From NCBI GenBank assembly GCA_964016885.1, contig OZ024754.1, positions 41,230,001 to 41,294,000 of the forward strand: 64,000 nucleotides of DNA, read 5' to 3'. The position numbers and the translations under genes were made by a program. The notes beneath the pieces are model-generated. The model was not told the origin of the DNA. It saw nothing but the letters and a program-made list of their open reading frames with translations, and made no database searches. Shown in pieces: positions 55,393 to 64,000 of this stretch; the stretch's first letter is position 1; every line of letters starts with the position of its first letter. The stretch is from Eledone cirrhosa (Eukaryota).

Positions 55393-56850
55393 ATTAAACC
55401 TTTCCTTACCATATAAAAGGCTGTCTATATCTTTAACCCTTTCATTACCATATTTCTAATGAAAGACACCGTCTATGTCTTTAACCCTTTCATTACCATA
55501 TTTCTAATGAAAAACCTGTCTATGTCATTAACCCTTTCATTACCATATTTCTAATGAAAGACACTGTCTATGTCATTAACCCTTTCATTACCATATTTCT
55601 AATGAAAGACACTGTCTGTCTTTAACCCTTTCGTTACCATATTTCTAAAGAAAGACACTGTCTATATCATTAAGCCTTCCATTACCATATTTCTAATGAA
55701 AGACACTGTCTATGTCATTAACTCTTTCATTACCATATTTCTAATGAAAGACACTGTCTATGTCTTTAACCCTTCCATTACCATATTTCTAACGAAAGAC
55801 ACTGTCTATATCATTAAGCCTTTCATTACCATATTTCTAATGAAAGACACTGTCTATGTCTTTAACCCTTTCATTACCATATTTCTAATGAAAGACACTG
55901 TCTATGTCTTTAACCCTTCCATTACCATATTTCTAATGAAAGACACTGTCTATATCATTAAGCCTTTCATTACCATATTTTTAATTAAAGACACTGTCTA
56001 TGTCATTAACCCTTTCATTACCATATTTCTAATGAAAGACACTGTCTGTCTTTAACCCTTTCGTTACCATATTTCTAAAGAAAGACACTGTCTATATCAT
56101 TAAGCCTTCCATTACCATATTTCTAATGAAAGACACTGTCTATGTCATTAACTCTTTCATTACCATATTTCTAATGAAAGACACTGTCTATGTCTTTAAC
56201 CCTTCCATTACCATATTTCTAACGAAAGACACTGTCTATATCATTAAGCCTTTCATTACCATATTTCTAATGAAAGACACTGTCTATGTCTTTAACCCTT
56301 TCATTACCATATTTCTAATGAAAGACACTGTCTATGTCTTTAACCCTTCCATTACCATATTTCTAATGAAAGACACTGTCTATATCATTAAGCCTTTCAT
56401 TACCATATTTCTAATGAAAGACACTGTCTATGTCTTTAACCCTTTCATTACCATATTTCTAATGAAAGACACTGTCTATATCATTAAGCCTTTCATTACC
56501 ATATTTCTAATGAAAGACACTGTCTATGTTTTTATTTTTTTTAAAAGAATTTTGAAGAGTTTACTAAAGTTGAATGTTTGTAACATAAAAGTAAAATTAT
56601 GTTAAAATCTTAACTTTAATAGAAACTCTTTAAAATAGGAGGTTATATTTCACAGAACCAGAGACTGTCTTAATATGTTAATACTGTCTTAAGATATTAA
56701 TACTGGGAATGTCTTAAGATGTTAATACTGGGAATGTCTTAAGATGGTAATACAGAGAATGTCTTAAGATGTTAATACTGGGAATGTCTTAAGATGGTAA
56801 TACAGAGAATGTCTTAAGATGTTAATATTGAGAATGTCTTAAGATGTTAA
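55393..56850. repeat. MITE family 2 with amplified ends: 48-bp array (~23 units, to ~56530) and 25-bp array (~56665-56850)
   Basis: The unit TTAACCCTTTCATTACCATATTTCTAATGAAAGACACTGTCTATGTCT is the MITE left end; the MITE body follows, then (GTCTTAAGATGTTAATACTGGGAAT)n. Confidence 0.8.
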
Positions 56851-56990
56851 TGGATTCTAGGAACATTTGTTCCAAACTAAATACAAAGAATTAATAAGGA
56901 AACATGAAAGGTCTTTAATATATAAAAGAAAAAACAAAAAGATTAGATTGAAACACAGTTGTGTTTTTAATATAACACACTTGAAAGGAT

Positions 56991-57029
<39 letters not shown>

Positions 57030-57883
57030 TGCATGTGTGTGTGTGTATGTTTGCATGTGCCTGTGTGTGAGTGTATGTGCACATGTGTGTGAGTGTTTGT
57101 GTGTGCAAGTACGCATGTGTGTGTATGTGTGCATGTGTGTGTCTGTGTCTTTGCATGAGTGTGAATGTGTGTGTGTGTATGCATGTGTACATGCATGTGT
57201 GTGTGTGTGTGTCTTTGTATGAGTGTGAATGTGTGTGTGCATATGCATGTGTATGTGTGTGTGTGTGTGTGTGAATGTGTGTCTGTGTAAGCATGTGTGT
57301 GTGTGTGTGTATGCATGTGTCTATGTGTTTACGCGCATGTATGCCTGTGTCTATGCATGTATGTATGCCTGTGTCTATGTGTGTACATGCACACATGCAT
57401 GTATGCATGTGTCTATGTGTGTACATGCACGTATGTATGTGTGTGTGTGCCCGTGTGTCAACACACTTTCCAATAAGCAATATTTCCAGTTACTACTGCC
57501 TTAAAAGAAAGATCTAATTAACATCATCAACCCCATTCCAGTGTCTTCCCCATTCAGTCTTCAGCTCAATAGGATTTAGAATAGTACATCCTTAAATACT
57601 ACCATTCTGCTTCTGGTCATTTTACATTCAAGAAGAAGAAACACACGTTTTTCTTTGATCTTTTCGCTAAATAATGTTGTGTATTGTAAAATAGATTTAT
57701 GAGCCACGGCTGTCGTCTTTAGTTCTTGCTGATCTGGCAATAAAGAAACTATAATTCTTCACATTAGAACCAGTTGAAGACTGCAGTAACTTCCTCTAAA
57801 ACTGTTCTTATCAATTCGTGCAAAACGCATTGCTTACATGTAAACTGTATTATAGTAATTGTACCAAAGTTTTTTTGTCTGTC

Positions 57884-58337
57884 TGTCACACGAATAGCTC
57901 TGTCACATGAATACTCTGTCACACGAATAGCTCTGTCACATGAATAGCTCTGTCACACGAATAGCTCTGTCACACGAATAGCTCTGTCACACGAATAGCT
58001 CTGTCACACGAATAGCTGTCACACGAATAGCTCTGTCACATGAATAGCTCTGTCACATGAATAGCTCTGTCACATGAATAGCTCTGTCACATGAATATCT
58101 GTCACATGAATATCTGTCACATGAATAGCTCTGTCACATGAATAGCTCTGTCACATGAATAGCTCTGTCACACGGAAAGCTCTGTCACATGAATAGCTCT
58201 GTCACATGAATAGCTGTCACATGAATAGCTCTGTCACATGAATAGCTCTGTCACACGAATAGCTCTGTCACACGAATAGCTCTGTCACGCGAATAGCTCT
58301 GTCACACGAATAGCTCTGTCACATGAATAGCTCTGTC
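57884..58337. repeat. 17-bp minisatellite (~27 units)
   Basis: CTGTCACA(C/T)GAATAGCT. Confidence 0.95.
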
Positions 58338-58707
58338 AAAAATGTTGTAAAATTTTATGTAGGATTCATGGACCTCAAATGTAAGACAGAAAAGGGGGAA
58401 AAGGTTCTAAAATGATCCCTATCTGTTTCTATGTATATATGTATCTGTCTGTCTGTCTTTTTTGTACTGTTTGTTTGTTTGTCTGTCTCTCCCTCTCTCT
58501 CTACATACACACACATATATATATATATACACACACAAACACACATATATATATACACACACATGCATATATATATATACACACACACACGCATATATAT
58601 ATACACACACACGCGCATATATATATACACACACACGCGCATATATATATACACACACACATATATACATACACACTCATATTTATATATACAGACACAC
58701 ACAGACA

Positions 58708-58753
<46 letters not shown>

Positions 58754-59088
58754 ATCCACCAACATAACTTTGTTACAATTTTGTAAAGAAACTAAATATA
58801 ACTTATCTCATTAGTTAAACAATTAGTTATATAGTTTAGTATTTAATGAACGAGACAACAGCGGTAGCTGATAGCTTTTGTTACTTTTCTAATTATTTTA
58901 TATTGATTATCATAGATTTAAGATAGATTTTTGATATTATTTGAATTATATTCTAATTAATTATTCAGATTAATTAATTAATTCACTACTAAATTAAATT
59001 AAATTAAAACTTTGTTACATTTTTATGAAACCTAATTTGAGTAAAATTCCAGACCGTATTATTGGAACGGTCATTTGACAGTAGGGGA

Positions 59089-59417
59089 CCATCATCACCA
59101 TCACCACAACCTCATTCTCTTCACCATCATCATCATCATCACCACAACCTCATTCTCTTCACCATCATCATCACCATCACCACAACCTCATTCTCTTCAC
59201 CATCATCATCATCATCACCACAACCTCATTCTCTTCACCATCACCATCCTCTTCACCACCACCATCATCCGCACCATCACCATCATCACCATCACCATCA
59301 CCATCATCATCACTATCATCACCACCACCACCATCATCCTCATCATCATCATCACCATCATCCTCATCTTTATCATCCTCATCACCCTTCTCTTCATCCT
59401 CATCCTCGTTTTCATCA

Positions 59418-59448
<31 letters not shown>
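59089..59448. repeat. (CAT/CAC)n microsatellite
   Basis: Read directly from the sequence. Confidence 0.95.
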
Positions 59449-60247
59449 GTTGTCGTTAAACCTAAATTATTAACAATTATTGATTGATTTCTTGATAAAA
59501 GGAAAGAAATATAAAAAAAAAACCCATAAAACAAACAAATTAGATCGAAAATAAAATTAAAATAAAACAAATTGACTGAAAGAAGAAGAAGAAGAAGAAG
59601 AAGAAGAAGAAAGACATGTGAATCAAACAAGATGATCATCTGAGGAAAGAGAGGGAAGGAAATATAGAATGAGCTGGAAAGAATTCATCAAAGACTCTCC
59701 CTTAGAAGAAACAATTCAGGTTCAATCCCTAGGTTAACTCTTTCAACATTATTTTTTAAAAGACTTTTGAATATTTACACAGTCACTTGATGAATTAGAA
59801 AAAGACAGCAGAGGACATCTTTTTATTCAGAATAATTTTTTTTTTGTTCTAAATCTTAATTAAATTTTTAGAAAACCTTGAAACTAGAAGAAAGAAAACC
59901 AAAACAAACGTCAATGAACCAAGAAAAAAGGAAGAAAAGATAGTCACGCTTGGAAAACAAATAAAAAGTCAATCAGATTGAATGTATTTGTGAATTTTTC
60001 ACTTTTTAGTTATTCTCTCTTATGTAGAGATTGAACTGGGAACATAACAAAATATTTTAGTGGTAATATTATTGAAGATTATTGATCTGTAATGGTGATC
60101 AGAAAAGTTGAATGGGAAATGAAATCACCATAAACAAATATAAGAAAAATAAAATAAAATAAAGTTATGATAAAATAATTTTCTCCAATAATTAAGTTAA
60201 TAACTTTGCAATATTAGGAATAAGAAACAGATAAAAAAAACACAATA

Positions 60248-60372
60248 AAATAAATAATGAAAAATAGAAAAAATAAATAATGAAAAATAGAAAAAATAAA
60301 TAATGAAAAATAGAAAAAATAAATAATGAAAAATAGAAAAAATAAATAATGAAAAATAGAAAAAATAAATAC
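60248..60372. repeat. 23-bp A-rich tandem repeat (~5 units)
   Basis: TAAATAATGAAAAATAGAAAAAA. Confidence 0.9.
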
Positions 60373-60631
60373 ACACAGAAAAAAAAAAACCTTTAAAAGT
60401 TATTTGAATCCGATATAAAGTAAAAAAAAAATTAATTAGTAGATTTTGTAGATATAAAGTATCAATGACTAATACCTTGAAATTATTGATAATGTTGGGA
60501 GTTAGAATTTTAGATAATTTATGGTCACCAATAGAAACTATGATATTATCTTGATTCAAAGTAATGGCTGAGTTTCATTTTAAATATTTAGTTTTATGAT
60601 TTCTAGCAGAATTAATTGGAACATATAAGTA

Positions 60632-60850
60632 GTGAAGGCGTGTGGCTGAGTGGTTAGAGATTTAGATTTGCAATCGTGAGGTTGTGAGTTTGATTCCCAG
60701 ACCGGGCGATGCATTATGTCCTTGAGCAAGACACTTTATTTCACGTTGCTCCTTCTACCTGGAGTTGTGACCGATAGATAGTGTTGGCAATTGGAAAGAC
60801 CAACGGAAACATTGTTTCCTCGGTCCGATTTGACGAAATTCGATCGACTG
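60632..60850 (+). mobile_element. SINE family B, subfamily with a distinct tail
   Basis: GGCGTGTGGCTGAGTGGTTAGA head, CORE-like segment, tail ...CGGTCCGATTTGACGAAATTCGATCGAC. Confidence 0.82.
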
Positions 60851-60979
60851 TCATCATCATCATCATCATCATTCATTTATTAAAATGACATGTCGATACC
60901 AGTGCAGCTGTTTCTTCAACTAATAAACTGGTATCTTGATTTTTACCAGTCCTTCTCTTAGTTCACTTGTGCTCCATCT

Positions 60980-61811
60980 TTAACCCTTTAGCATTTAAAC
61001 CAGCTGTAACTAGACACTCATACTGATGTTAAGGTATTGTCCTCAAAATGAATAATATCAAAATCTCATAGATTCAATATTATGTGAGGTATTATGTGAG
61101 GTAAAGCCTTTACTATGAAAATACAATAGTATATATAGAGTAATGTAAACGTTATGTGAGATATTATGTGAGGTAAAGCCTTTACTATGAAAATACAATA
61201 GTATATATAGAGTAATGTAAACGTTATGTGAGATATTATGTGAGGTAAAGCCTTTACCATGAAAATACAATAGTATATATAGAGTAATGTAAACGTTATG
61301 TGAGATATTATGTGAGGTAAAGCTTTTACTATGAAAATACAATAGTATATATAGAGTAATGTAAACGTTATGTGAGATATTATGTGAGGTAAAGCCTTTA
61401 CCATGAAAATACAATAGTATATATAGAGTAATGTAAACGTTATGTGAGATATTATGTGAGGTAAAGCCTTTACCATGAAAATACAATAGTATATATAGAG
61501 TAATGTAAACGTTATGTGAGATATTATGTGAGGTAAAGCCTTTAGTATGAAAATACAATAGTATATATAGAGTAATGTAAACGTTATGTGAGATATTATG
61601 TGAGGTAAAGCCTTTACTATGAAAATATAATAGTATATATAGAGTAATGGAAATGTTATGCGAGATATTATGTGAAGTAAAGCCTTTACTATGAAAATAT
61701 AATAGTATATATAGAGTAATGGAAATGTTATGTGAGATATTATGTGAAGTAAAGCCTTTACCATGAGAATATAATAGTATATATAGAGTAATGTAAACGT
61801 TAAAGGGTTAA
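60980..61811. mobile_element. piggyBac-type MITE, family 1, with an internal 72-bp tandem array (~10 units)
   Basis: Both TTAA-CCCTTT/AAAGGG-TTAA ends are intact; unit TATGTGAGATATTATGTGAGGTAAAGCCTTTACTATGAAAATACAATAGTATATATAGAGTAATGTAAACGT. Confidence 0.88.
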
Positions 61812-62386
61812 AGCAAGTTATCATTACATATCCAACAGTGTCAGAGATTTGTAGAGGGGGAACTACAGAGGAATGAGGTGACTATAGTTTCCTGGATATA
61901 TAAGCAATAGGAAAGTTCTGAAGTAGCATCATACATCTAATGCTTCATATGGTTTAACTTCTGCAGAAAAAAAGAGAGAGAATCCCTTTGCTGCAAACCA
62001 ACAAAGATAACATCTCTCTCTGAACTTCATCGACCTTCTATTTTCTATATCCCCCCCCCCTCACACACACACTCACACATACACACACACACACACTCAT
62101 ACACTCACACACACACACACACACACACACTCTCTATCTCATTTGTATAGAATTATATAGATAAATTCCTTGAATATTTATAGATGTAAAATACAATATA
62201 TGTAGATGATGATGATCATGATATATATATATATATATATAAATAAATACATACATATGCATGTATGTATAGACATAGACACACCCACATACATACAGAC
62301 GTATATATATATATAGAGAGAGAGAGAAAGACACATACATGCACATATATATAAACACAGACATATATATATATACATACACACAC

Positions 62387-62920
62387 ATCATCATCATCAT
62401 CAGGTTTAGCGTCCGTGTTCCACGCTTGCATGGGTTTGGACGGGGGTTTTCCCACTTGAGGCAAGAGTGGTTGTCTTGCTCGCATAGGACTGTCTGGCGG
62501 GTTTTCTACAGCTGGATGCCCTTCCTAACACCAACCACATTTACAGTGTGGGGCTGGGAGGTTTTTACCGTGTTGCCTACACGGCCACATTTACAGCGTG
62601 GACTGTGTGTTTTTTTGTCGTGACACCTACACGATCTCATTTGTTTCGGCCTGGATGTTGTGGGACCAACATAACTGTACATTGAAAGGGGCGGTGTGGA
62701 TGGGGTGGGGGTGGTGGGACGGGGGGTGTATTTTGTTAGAGATGCCTACTGACTGTAGTAGGTTTTTACTTTGTATTTAGGTAAGGCGGGTCTTCTCTAT
62801 TACTGAGTACCGCCAAAGATCTCGGTCCAGTGACATTGTCTTGGAGAGGTGTAAGCGTGTGAGGTCGGAATTTATCAGCTCGTCCCATGTTTTTCTGGGT
62901 CTGCCTACTCCGTGGCTACA
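62387..62920 (-). mobile_element. Dispersed retro-element family C, (GAT)n tail, with two diverged ~50-bp internal units
   Basis: Shares CTGGATGCCCTTCCTAACACCAACC with copies at 23740-24105 (+), 27483-27850 (-) and 53098-53352 (-), and with the arrays at 19672 and 27955. Confidence 0.75.
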
Positions 62921-62957
62921 CATATATATATATATATATATGTATCTAAAGTCTGTC

Positions 62958-63219
62958 TTAAGCCAGAAGGCTCATTTGGCCAGTGCTTATCCTGGTTTCA
63001 TGGCGTGAAGCGACTGATAGTACAATACTCCCCCTGACAGGACACCAGTCCATCACAGGGTTAAACTCCCAGCTATTGTTGGTACTCATTTTCAGCTGAG
63101 TATACTGGAGCAACGTGAAATGAAATGTTTTGCTCAAGAACACAACACACAGCCCAGGAATCGAGCCACGACATTATGGTTGTAAGTCCAACACCCTTAC
63201 CACTAGGCCACGTGCCTCC
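62958..63219 (-). mobile_element. SINE family B
   Basis: Head at 63219 and CORE-like segment. Confidence 0.72.
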
Positions 63220-63276
63220 ACCATATATATATATACACGCCCACACACACACACAGATATATATATATAATAATAA

Positions 63277-63678
63277 TAATTGTTTCTACTTTTGGCACAA
63301 GGCCAGCAATTACCCAGTACATTACTGGTACTTTATTTTATCGACCCCGTAAGGATGAAAGGCAAAGTTAACCTCGGCGGGATTTGAACTCAGAATGGCA
63401 AGGGCCGTAACTCTATGCGTCAAAGCATGGCGTCCGACCCTCTACCGATACTGCCAATTCACCGCCCCTATATAATATATAATAATAATAATAATTGTTT
63501 CTACTTTAGGCACAAGGCCAGCAATTACCCAGTACATTACTCGTACTTTATTTTATCGACCCCGTAAGGATGAAAGGCAAAGTCAACCTCGGCGGGATTT
63601 GAACTCAGATCGTAAAGGGACGTAACTCTATGCTGGAAAGCATGGTGTCCGACTCTCTACCGATACTGCCAATCCACC
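63277..63678 (-). mobile_element. Tandem dimer of SINE family A
   Basis: Two full copies with (AAT)n tails. Confidence 0.88.
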
Positions 63679-64000
63679 TATATAATAATAATAATAATAA
63701 TAATACAGAATAGGTTTTAAAAAGTTTCAAGATGCTTCAGGTGATAAAATATCCACAAAGTTTCCATTACATAAAAGATAATATTTTGATAGAAATCACT
63801 GACATCTAATTATAATGTTCGCTACTTTAGAGAGAAAGTTATCTCGACAATTTATCAAACAGTTCAAACTGTTAGCCTTAGTCTGGAAATGACTCGAGTT
63901 GAAAAACTGTTTCTAGAGAGATATTTTAGTCTAGAAATAAATACAAGGACCAGCCCCCCCCCACCCCACCCCCCCCACTCCCATCACCCACTCACACACA

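Overview
AT-rich, extremely repeat-dense eukaryotic genomic DNA. The SINE, MITE and microsatellite make-up looks like a coleoid cephalopod, probably an octopus (inference). Only one host gene is supported: two minus-strand exons (15128-14865 and 1802-1630) that splice in frame into a UPF0764/C16orf89-like (DUF4735) protein. I could not find its first exon, so most of the window may be intronic. The rest consists of tRNA-derived SINEs (at least two head types, one with a CORE-like domain and an RTE-LINE tail), RTE and CR1 LINE 3' fragments, TTAA-flanked piggyBac-type MITEs, microsatellites and many minisatellites. Two things stand out. (1) There are six minimal type-I hammerhead ribozyme motifs (some intact-looking, some decayed) with different surrounding sequences, in short non-coding elements next to (TA)n tracts; one pair forms a ~200-nt fold-back with a ribozyme on each strand. 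This suggests Penelope-like or retrozyme-like elements. (2) Short segments of dispersed transposons (SINE, CR1, MITE) have repeatedly and independently been amplified into tandem arrays. Almost all long ORFs in the track are microsatellite artefacts. Repeat boundaries were read by eye and are approximate.
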